Made by a program: the position numbers and the translations under genes | Source: Camelus ferus | Taxonomy: Eukaryota | Reading direction: 5' to 3' | DNA: 64,000 bases | NCBI RefSeq assembly: GCF_009834535.1 | Contig: NC_045697.1 | Span: forward strand, 120,406,001-120,470,000 | Shown: piece by piece, positions 1 through 11,400 of the stretch | Position numbering within the stretch: the first letter of the stretch is position 1 | Layout of the letters: every line of letters starts with the position of its first letter | Notes under the pieces: model-generated | What the model was told of the DNA's origin: nothing | Seen by the model: only the letters and a program-made list of their open reading frames with translations | The model's database searches: none

Positions 1-3000
1 GCATTTTTCTGGGTATCCAGTTTTTCCCAGGTTGGGAGATGTCGACTAGATTCCTTCAATGCCCATGTAGATGCATTGAATTCTTCTTCGTTTTCAAGCC
101 CAACTCCCAAATTTCCCTTGAATCCCGGTCTTGGATTATACCGAAGGATGACAGTCTAAGTGATTTTATCAGATCTACGGTGCTGCTGTATTTTGTAGGA
201 AATTCCATACACATAGGATACTGGATCACGGCTTGGTTTGCGGGTAGCTTTGGAGTCCCACACCACATAGATGGCTGGGGGCACAGGTTTTTCCCTGTTA
301 GGGAGATGTCCGCTAATTACCTCCACAGTCCATCTCGGGTCACTCGCTGCTACATAGCTTTCCAGCGCAATCGCAGCATTCCCTCGCAGGCCGGCCTGGG
401 AAAAAAATCAGGGAAAATAAGCCAGTGGTTCTATTGGAACCCAGGTGCTGCAGAACATTGTAGGATACTCCCCACAACCAGGAAAAGAGAACACTTCTTT
501 GTGTGTCTCATGCAGTTTGGTAAACAAACTCCACGCATGTTTCAGGGGGTTAAGGTGTTCCTAGTTAGTGGGATTTCGGGTAATTACCTCCAATGCCCAT
601 GGGGAGGCACTCGCTCCTGCTTGTCTTTCCAGCCAAACCCCCAGTTTTCCCTCTCAGCCCGGCTTGGGAAAACACTCAGGGATAATATGCTATTGGTTGT
701 ATTGGAACACAGGCGCTACCTACAGTTGTAGGCTCCTTCCCACATCTGGGATAACAGAAGAAATCTTTGTGTGTCTGATGGAGATGGGTAAACAAACTCC
801 ACGCATGTTTCAGGGGGCACAGGTGTTCCAAGGCTGTGGGAGGTCGGAAAATTACCTCAAATTCTAATGGGGTGTATCTCACTGCTGCTACATATTACAG
901 CCAAGCCCACAGGTTTACTTCGCAGCTAGGCATGTGAAAACACTCACGGAAAAGAATAGACTGCTGCTATTAGAACCCAGGCGCTGCTGATATTTGTAGA
1001 ATCCTCCCCACACTCAGGATATCAGAACACATCTTTGTGTGTGTGATGGTGTAGAAAAATACACTCCAGTCATTTTCCTGGTGGCACAGCTGTTCCCAGG
1101 TTTGGAGATGTCGCCAAAATACCTCCACTGCCAATGGGGAGGCAATCTATACTTCTTCGCTTTGCAGACAATCTCCCAAATTTCCCTTACAGTCCGGCCT
1201 AAGAAAACACCTAGTGATGGCAATATTAGTGATTCTATGAGAAACACGGCGCTGCTGTCTGTTGGAAGTACAACACAGACTCAAAACTCCAGAGCAAGGA
1301 TTTGCTTGGGGGAGGTGTGGAGCCCCACACCACACAGATGACTGTGGTCACAGATATTCCTTGATTATTACAAGTCTGCTAATTAACTCTACAGTCAATC
1401 TCTGGGCACTCGTTGCTACTTGGCTTTCCAGCCGAACCGCCAGCTTTCCCTCGCAGCCCGCCCTGGAAAACACTCAGAGATTCTAAGTTAATGGTTCTAT
1501 TGGAACACAAGCACTGCAGACCATTGTAGGAACCTCCGCACACGCAGGATAACAGAAAAATTTTTTGTGTCTCATTGAGATGGTAAAAGCTCCACGCATG
1601 TTTCAGGGTGTACTGGTGTTCCTAGGTTGTGGGAGGTCAGATACATCACACTACATCCCATGGGGAAGTACTCGTTCCTGCTTGGCTTTGCAGCACATCC
1701 CCCAGTTTCCTATGCAACCCAGCCTGAGAAAACAATCAGGAAATATAGCTAAAGTTTCTATCAGAACCCCGGTGCTGCAGTCAGTTCTAGGAACTTCCAC
1801 ACACACAGGATTACGAAACACTGCTTTGCTTGGTAGAGATTTGAAGCCCCAATCCACACACATGGCTGGGGCACAAGTATTTCCCTGTTAGGGAGAAGTC
1901 CGCTAATTAGTTCTACAGTCCATCTCGGGCACCCGCTGCTCCTTGGAATTCCAGACCAACCCACATGGTTCCCTTGCAGTCCGGCCTGGGGTAACACAGA
2001 GGGAAAACAAGCTATTTGTGCTATTGGATCCAATGCCCTGCTGACAATTGTGGAAAACTTCGAACACTCAGGATAACAATACATATCTTTCTGTGTGTGA
2101 TGGAGTAGGAAAACACACTCCAGGCATTATTCTGGTGATCCAGGTTTTCCCAGGTTTGGAGATGTCGGCTAGATTCCTTCAGTGCCCATGCGGTGGCACT
2201 GTCTTCTTCTTCGTTTTCAAGCCCAACTCCCAGCTTTCCCATGCAGCCCGGACATGAGAAACACCTATGGATGACAAATAAGTGATACAATCAGAAAACC
2301 GGCGTTGTTGTCTGTTGGAGGACCCTCCAAAACTTCAGGATTCTGGAACACGTCTTTGAGTGTGGGGAGTTGTGGAACCCCAATTCACGCAGATGAATGG
2401 GGTCACAGATTTATCCCTGTTAGGGAGAAGTCTGCTAATTACCTCCACAGTGCATCTTGGGGCACTCGCTTCTACTTAGATTTTCAGTCTATCCCCCAGT
2501 TTTCACTCACAGCCCGGGCTTGTAAAACACTCACTGATAATAAGCTTGGTTTCTATTGGAACCCAGGTGCTGCAGACAATTGTAGGAACTTCCCCACACT
2601 GAGAATAACAGAACAATACTTAGAGTGTCTGATTTAGATGGGTAAACTAAATCCACGCATGTTTCAGGTTGTATAAGCTTTCCTAGTTTGTGGGATTTCG
2701 GATATTTACATCCACTCTCCATGGGGAGTCCCTTGCAGTTTCTTGGATTCCAGCCCAACACCCAGAGGTCCCTTGCATCCCGGCCTGTGAAAACACTCAG
2801 GGATAAAAAGCTACAGTTTCTATAAGGACTAAGGCGCTCCTGACAGTTGTAGAAACCTCCCTACAGTAAGGAAAACAGAACACAGCTTTGTGTGTGTGAT
2901 GGAGTAGGAAAACACAGTAAGGCATATATCTGGTGTGCAGGTGTTCGCAGGATGGGAAATGTTGGCTAATTACCTCCACTGCCCATGGGGAAGCACTCTA

Positions 3001-6000
3001 TTCTTCTTCGATATCCAGCCCTAATCCTAGCATTCCCTTGCAGCCCGACCATGGAAAACACCCAGGGATGACAAACTAAATCATTCTATAAGAACCAGGG
3101 CGCTGCTGTATGTTGGAGGAACCTCAAAACACTCAGGATTCCGGAACACGGATTTGCTTGGTGTGAATTGTGAAGCCCCAAAGCACACTCATTACTGGGG
3201 CCCAAGATTTTCCCTTTTAGGGCCAAGTCCGCTAATTACCACCATAGTCTATCTCAGGGCACTCTCTGCTGCTTGGATTTCCAGCCCAAACCCAAACTTT
3301 CACACGCACCCCGGCCTGGGAATACACACAGGGAAAATATGTTATTGGTTATAACGGAACCCAGTCTCTACCTACAGTTGTAGGTACCTTCCCACAACTA
3401 GGATAAAAGAAAAAACATTTGTGTGTCTGATGGAGATGGGAAAAACAAACTCCAAGCATATATCAGGGGGCTTAGTTGTTCCAAGGTTGGGGGACGTCGG
3501 AAAATTACCTCAAATTGTCATGGGGAGTAACTCGCTGCTGCTACGAATTACAGCCAAGCCCACAGTTTTACCTCACAGCCAGGCCTGTGAAAACACTCAC
3601 GGAAAACAAAATACTGGTGCTACTAGAACCCAGGCGATGCTGAAAGATGTAGAATCCTCCCCACACTCAGGATAGCAGAACAAATTTTTGTGTGTGTGAT
3701 GGTGTAGGAAAATACACTCCAGGCATGTTTCTGGGGGTACAGCTGTTCCCAGGTTTGGAGATGTCACCTAATTACCTCCACTTCCCATGGGGAGGCAATC
3801 TATACTTCTTCGCTTTCCAGACCAACTCCTAGGTTACCTTTGAAGCCCGGCCTAAGAATTCACCTAGGGATGACAATATTAGTGATTCTATCAGAACCCC
3901 CGCTCTGCTGCCTTTTGGAGGTACAACACACACTCAAAATTCCGGAACATGGCTTTGCTTGGTGGAGGTGTGGAGACCAACTCCACAAGATGACTGGGGG
4001 CACATTTTCTCTCTGTTTTGGAGAAGTCCGCTAATTAACTCTACAGTCAATTTCTGGGCAATCCTTGCTACTTGGCTTTCCAGCCGAACCCCCATTTTCC
4101 CTCGCAGCCCGCCCTGGAAAACACTCAGAGATTATAAGCTAGTGTTTCTATTGGAACCAAGGCACTGCAGACCGTTGTAGGAAGCTCCACACACGAAGGA
4201 TAACAGAACACCTTTTTCTGTCTGATTGAGATGGTAAAAACTCCACGCATGTTTCAGGGGGTACAGGTTTTCCTAGATTGGGGGAGGTCAGATTATTCCC
4301 ATTAATGCCCATGTGGAGGTAATCGCTCCTGCTTGGATTTCCATCCCATCCCCCAGTTTCCCTTGCAACCAGGTCAGAGAAAACAGTCATGAAATTTAGC
4401 TAAAATTTCTATTAGAACCCAGGCGCTGCTGACAGTTGTAGAAACCTCCCCATACACAGGGTAACAGAACACTTCTTTGTGTGTGTGATGGAGTAGGAAA
4501 ACACTGTCCATGCATGTTCCCGGGGTGCAAGTGTAACCAAGTTGGGAGACGTTGGCTAAGTATCTCCGCAGCGCATGTGAAGGCACTCAGTTTTCTTCGT
4601 TTTCAAGCCCAACACCCAGCATTCCCTTGCAGCCCGGACAAGTGAAACACCCAGGGATGAAAAACTAAGTGATTCTATCAGTACCACGGCGCTGCTGTCT
4701 GTTGGAGGTACCTCCACACACACAGGATTAACAAACAAGTCTTTACTTGGGGGAATTGTGAAGCCCCACTCCACACACATGGCTGGGGTCACAAGTTTTC
4801 CCTGTAAGGTAGAATTCCGCTAATTACCTCTACAGACCATCGTGGGGCACTCGTTGCTACTTGGAATTCCATCCCAACCCCCAGGTTTCCCTTGCAGCCC
4901 GGCCTGGGGAAACAAAAATGGAAAAGAATCTATAGGTTCTAATAGTACACATGCGCTGCTGAAAATTGTGAAAAACTTCGAACACTCATGGTAACAGAGC
5001 ACATCTTTCTCTGTGTGATGCAGTAGTAAAACACAATCCAGGCATTTTTATGGGGATCCAGTTATTCCCATGTTGGGAGATGTCGGCTAGTTTCCTTCAC
5101 TGCCCATGGGGATGCATTGACTTCTTCTTCGTTTTCAAGCCCAACTCCCAACTTTCCCTTGCATCCCGGTCTTGTATTATACCCAGGGATGACATTCTAA
5201 TTGATTTTATCAGAGCTACGATGCTGCTGTCTTTTTTAGGAACTTCCAGAATCTTAGGATTCTGGATCACGGCTATGCTTGGGGGTAGGTATGGAGATGC
5301 AAACCACAGAGATGGCTGGGGGCTCAGGTTTTTCCCTGTTAGGGAGATGTCCGCTAATTACCTCCACAGTCCATCTCGGGTCACTCACTGCTACATGGCT
5401 TTCCAGCGCAAGTGCAGCTTTCCTTCGAAGGCCGGCCTGGGAAAACAATCAGGGATAATAAGCCAGTGGTTCTATTGGAACCCAGGTGCTGCAGAACATT
5501 GTAGGATACTCCCCACACCCAGGAAAAAAGAACACTTTTTGTGTGTCTCATGCAGTTTGGTAAACAAACTCCACCAGTTTTCCAGGGGGTTAAGGTGTTC
5601 CTAGTTAATGGGATTTCGTGTAATTCCCTCCAATGCCCATGGGGAGGCACTCGCTCCTGCATGGATTTCCAGCCCAACCCCCAGCTTTCCCTCTCAGCCC
5701 GGCCTGGGAAATCACTCAGGGATAATATGCTATTGGTTTTATTGGAACCCAGTGGCTACCTAAAGTTGTAGGCTCCTTCCCACATCTGGGATAACAGAAG
5801 AAATCTTTGTTTGTCTGATGGAGATGGGTAAACAAACTCCACGCATGTTTCAGGGGGCACAGGTGTTCCAAGGCTGTGGGACGTCGGAAAATAACCTCAA
5901 ATTCTCCTGGGGTGTATCTCACTGCTTCTACGAATTACAGCCAAACCCACAGATTTACCTCGCAGCTAGGCGTGTGAAAACACTCACGGAAAATAAAATA

Positions 6001-8491
6001 CGGATGCTATTAGAACCCAGGCCCTGCTGATATTTGTATAATCCTCCCCACTCTCAGGATAGCAGAACACATCTTTGTGTGTTTGATAGTGGAGAAAAAT
6101 ACACTCCAGGCATATTTCTGGTGGTACAGCTTTTCCCAGGATTGGAGATGTCGCCAAATTACCTCCACTGTCAATGGGGAGGCAATCTATACTTCTTCGC
6201 TTTGCAGACCATCTCCCAAACTTCCTTAAAGCCCGGCCTAAGAAAACACCTAGGGATGACAATATTAGAGATTCTATGAGAAACCCGGCGCTGCTGTCTG
6301 TTGGAGGTACAAAACAGACTCAAAATTCCGGAGCAAGTATTTGCTTGGGGGAGGTGTAGAGCCCCACACCACACAGATGCCTGGAGTCACAGATTTTCCT
6401 TGTTTATGAGAAGTCTGCTAATTACCTCTGCAGTCAATCTCTGGGCAGTCTTTTCTACTTGGCTTTCCAGGCGAACCCCCAGGTTTCCCTCGCAGCCCGC
6501 CCTGGTAAACACTCAGAAATAATAAGTAAATTGTTCTATTGGAACACAAGCACTGCAGACCGTTGTAGGAACCTCCGCACACGCAGGATAACAGAAAAAA
6601 TTTTTTGTGTCTCATTGAGATGGTAAAAGCTCCACGCATGTTTCAGGGTGTACTGGTGTTCCTAGGTTGTGGGAGGTCAGATACATCCCACTACAGCCCA
6701 TGGGGAAATACTCACTCCTGCTTGGCTTTCCAGCCCATACCCCAGTTCCTATGCAACCCAGCCTGAGAAAACAATCAGGAAATATAGTTAAATTTTCTAT
6801 CAGGACCCCGGTGCTGCAGTCTGTTTTAGGAACTTCCACACACACAGGATTCCCAAACACGACTTTGCTTGGAAGAATTTTGAAGCCCCAATCCACACAC
6901 ATGGCTGGGGGAACAAGTTTTTCCCTGTTAGGGAGAAGTCCGCTAATTAGCTCTACAGTCCATCTCGGGCACCCTCTGCTACTTGGAATTCCAGCCCAAC
7001 CCCCATGTTTCCTTTGCAGCCCGGCCTGGTGTAACACAGAGGGAAAAGTAGCTATTGGTGCTATTTGAACCCATGCCAGGCTGACAATTGTGGAAACCTT
7101 CGAACACTCAGGATAACAGAACATATCTTTCTGTGTGTGATGGAGTAGGAAAACACACTCCAGGCATTTTCCTGGGGATCCAGGTTTTCCCAGGTTGGGA
7201 GATGTCGGCTAGATTCCTTCAGGGCCCATGGGGGGGCACTGTATTCTTCTTCGTTTTCAAGCCCAACTCCCAGCTTTCCCTTGCAGCCCGGACAAGTGAA
7301 ACACCCATGGATGACAAATAAGTGATTCTGTCACAACCACGGCGTTGCTGTCTGTTGGAGGAACCTCCAAACCTTCAGGATTCTGGAACACGTCTTTGAG
7401 TGTGGGGAGTTGTGGAACCCCAATCCACGCAGATGGATGGGGTCACAGAAATGTCCCTGTTAGGGAGAAGTCCGCTAATAACCCCCACAGTGCATCTTGG
7501 GGCACTCGCTGCTTCTTAGATTTTCAGTCTATCCCCCAGTTTTCACTCGCAGCCCGGCCTTGAAAACACTCAGTGCTAATAATCTAGGTTTCTATTGGAA
7601 CCCAGGTGCTGCAGACAATTGTAGGAACCTCCCCACACTCAGAATAACAGAACAATACTTTGAGTGTCTGATTTAGATGGGTAAACTAAATCATCGCTTG
7701 TTTGAGGTTGTATAGGCGTACCTCGGTTGTGGGAAGTCGGATATTTACATCCACTGTCCATGGTGAGTCCCTTGAAGTTGCTTGGATTCCATCCCAACCC
7801 CCAGCGTTCCTTCGCATCCCGGCCTGTGAATACACTCAGGGAAAAAAGCTACAGTTTCTATAAGAACTAAGGCGCTCCTGACAGTTGTAGAAACCTCCCT
7901 ACACTAAGGAAAACAGAACACATCTTTGTGTGTGTGATGGAGTAGGAAAACACAGTAAGGCATGTCTCTGGGGTGCAGGTGTACGCAGGATGTGAAATTT
8001 TGGTTAATTACATCCACTGCCCATGGGGAAGCCCTCTATTCTTCTTCGATATCCAGGCCTAATCCTAGCATTCCCTTGCAGCCCGACCGTGGAAAACACC
8101 CAGGGATGACAAACTAAATCATTCTATCAGAACCAGGGCGCTGCTGTATGTTGGAGGAATATCCAAACACTCAGGATTAACAAACATGTCTTTGCTTGGT
8201 GCGAATTGTGAATCCCCAAAGCACACTCATTGCTGGGGCCCAAGATTTTCCATTTTAGGGCCAATTCCGCTAAATTGCTCCATAGTCCATCTCGGGGCAA
8301 CCGCTGCTACTTGGATTACCAGCCCAAACCATAGATTTCCCTCACAGCCCGTCCCTGGGAAACACACAGGGAAAAGAATCTACAGGTGCTATTAGAACAA
8401 ATGCTCTGCTGACAATTTTGGAAAACTTCGAACACTCATGATAACAGAGCACATCTTTCTTTGTGTGATGGAGTAGTTAAACACACACCAG
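1..8491 (+). repeat. Satellite A 32-monomer HOR, copy 1 (8491 bp; phase set by the window start)
   Basis: The sequence at 1 (GCATTTTTCTGGGTATCCAG) recurs at 8492 and 16983. ORFs recur at exactly +8491 (568/9059/17550; 5050/13541). I counted 32 monomers, and 8491/32 = 265.3 bp. Confidence 0.95.
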
Positions 8492-11400
8492 GCATTTTTC
8501 TGGGTATCCAGTTTTTCCCAGGTTGGGAGATGTCGACTAGATTCCTTCAATGCCCATGTAGATGCATTGAATTCTTCTTCGTTTTCAAGCCCAACTCCCA
8601 AATTTCCCTTGAATCCCGGTCTTGGATTATACCGAAGGATGACAGTCTAAGTGATTTTATCAGAACTACGGTGCTGCTGTATTTTGTAGGAAATTCCATA
8701 CACATAGGATACTGGATCACGGCTTGGTTTGCGGGTAGCTTTGGAGTCCCACACCACATAGATGGCTGGGGGCACAGGTTTTTCCCTGTTAGGGAGATGT
8801 CCGCTAATTACCTCCACAGTCCATCTCGGGTCACTCGCTGCTACATAGCTTTCCAGCGCAATCGCAGCATTCCCTCGCAGGCCGGCCTGGGAAAAAAATC
8901 AGGGAAAATAAGCCAGTGGTTCTATTGGAACCCAGGTGCTGCAGAACATTGTAGGATACTCCCCACAACCAGGAAAAGAGAACACTTCTTTGTGTGTCTC
9001 ATGCAGTTTGGTAAACAAACTCCACGCATGTTTCAGGGGGTTAAGGTGTTCCTAGTTAGTGGGATTTCGGGTAATTACCTCCAATGCCCATGGGGAGGCA
9101 CTCGCTCCTGCTTGTCTTTCCAGCCAAACCCCCAGTTTTCCCTCTCAGCCCGGCTTGGGAAAACACTCAGGGATAATATGCTATTGGTTGTATTGGAACA
9201 CAGGCGCTACCTACAGTTGTAGGCTCCTTCCCACATCTGGGATAACAGAAGAAATCTTTGTGTGTCTGATGGAGATGGGTAAACAAACTCCACGCATGTT
9301 TCAGGGGGCACAGGTGTTCCAAGGCTGTGGGAGGTCGGAAAATTACCTCAAATTCTAATGGGGTGTATCTCACTGCTGCTACATATTACAGCCAAGCCCA
9401 CAGGTTTACTTCGCAGCTAGGCATGTGAAAACACTCACGGAAAAGAATAGACTGCTGCTATTAGAACCCAGGCGCTGCTGATATTTGTAGAATCCTCCCC
9501 ACACTCAGGATATCAGAACACATCTTTGTGTGTGTGATGGTGTAGAAAAATACACTCCAGTCATTTTCCTGGTGGCACAGCTGTTCCCAGGTTTGGAGAT
9601 GTCGCCAAAATACCTCCACTGCCAATGGGGAGGCAATCTATACTTCTTCGCTTTGCAGACAATCTCCCAAATTTCCCTTACAGTCCGGCCTAAGAAAACA
9701 CCTAGTGATGGCAATATTAGTGATTCTATGAGAAACACGGCGCTGCTGTCTGTTGGAAGTACAACACAGACTCAAAACTCCAGAGCAAGGATTTGCTTGG
9801 GGGAGGTGTGGAGCCCCACACCACACAGATGACTGTGGTCACAGATATTCCTTGATTATTACAAGTCTGCTAATTAACTCTACAGTCAATCTCTGGGCAC
9901 TCGTTGCTACTTGGCTTTCCAGCCGAACCGCCAGCTTTCCCTCGCAGCCCGCCCTGGAAAACACTCAGAGATTCTAAGTTAATGGTTCTATTGGAACACA
10001 AGCACTGCAGACCATTGTAGGAACCTCCGCACACGCAGGATAACAGAAAAATTTTTTGTGTCTCATTGAGATGGTAAAAGCTCCACGCATGTTTCAGGGT
10101 GTACTGGTGTTCCTAGGTTGTGGGAGGTCAGATACATCACACTACATCCCATGGGGAAGTACTCGTTCCTGCTTGGCTTTGCAGCACATCCCCCAGTTTC
10201 CTATGCAACCCAGCCTGAGAAAACAATCAGGAAATATAGCTAAAGTTTCTATCAGAACCCCGGTGCTGCAGTCAGTTCTAGGAACTTCCACACACACAGG
10301 ATTACGAAACACTGCTTTGCTTGGTAGAGATTTGAAGCCCCAATCCACACACATGGCTGGGGCACAAGTATTTCCCTGTTAGGGAGAAGTCCGCTAATTA
10401 GTTCTACAGTCCATCTCGGGCACCCGCTGCTCCTTGGAATTCCAGACCAACCCACATGGTTCCCTTGCAGTCCGGCCTGGGGTAACACAGAGGGAAAACA
10501 AGCTATTTGTGCTATTGGATCCAATGCCCTGCTGACAATTGTGGAAAACTTCGAACACTCAGGATAACAATACATATCTTTCTGTGTGTGATGGAGTAGG
10601 AAAACACACTCCAGGCATTATTCTGGTGATCCAGGTTTTCCCAGGTTTGGAGATGTCGGCTAGATTCCTTCAGTGCCCATGCGGTGGCACTGTCTTCTTC
10701 TTCGTTTTCAAGCCCAACTCCCAGCTTTCCCATGCAGCCCGGACATGAGAAACACCTATGGATGACAAATAAGTGATACAATCAGAAAACCGGCGTTGTT
10801 GTCTGTTGGAGGACCCTCCAAAACTTCAGGATTCTGGAACACGTCTTTGAGTGTGGGGAGTTGTGGAACCCCAATTCACGCAGATGAATGGGGTCACAGA
10901 TTTATCCCTGTTAGGGAGAAGTCTGCTAATTACCTCCACAGTGCATCTTGGGGCACTCGCTTCTACTTAGATTTTCAGTCTATCCCCCAGTTTTCACTCA
11001 CAGCCCGGGCTTGTAAAACACTCACTGATAATAAGCTTGGTTTCTATTGGAACCCAGGTGCTGCAGACAATTGTAGGAACTTCCCCACACTGAGAATAAC
11101 AGAACAATACTTAGAGTGTCTGATTTAGATGGGTAAACTAAATCCACGCAAGTTTCAGGTTGTATAAGCTTTCCTAGTTTGTGGGATTTCGGATATTTAC
11201 ATCCACTCTCCATGGGGAGTCCCTTGCAGTTTCTTGGATTCCAGCCCAACACCCAGAGGTCCCTTGCATCCCGGCCTGTGAAAACACTCAGGGATAAAAA
11301 GCTACAGTTTCTATAAGGACTAAGGCGCTCCTGACAGTTGTAGAAACCTCCCTACAGTAAGGAAAACAGAACACAGCTTTGTGTGTGTGATGGAGTAGGA

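Noticed and set aside
590..610. Short palindromes (CCCATGGG in A; CGAATTCG, TTCGAA and ATGCAT in B) as cruciform or regulatory signals
   Set aside because: They are only 6-8 bp, are expected by chance and recur simply because the monomer recurs.
1030..1050. (TG)n microsatellite-like tracts
   Set aside because: They are only 4-5 units long and are an integral part of the Y and Z monomers.
8461..9222. 253-aa ORF (also 39-731, 16952-17713, 41921-42673) and all other ORFs in the track
   Set aside because: These are chance open frames across satellite monomers. They recur at the repeat period, have no recognisable domain, overlap in several frames and are broken by stops in paralogous copies.
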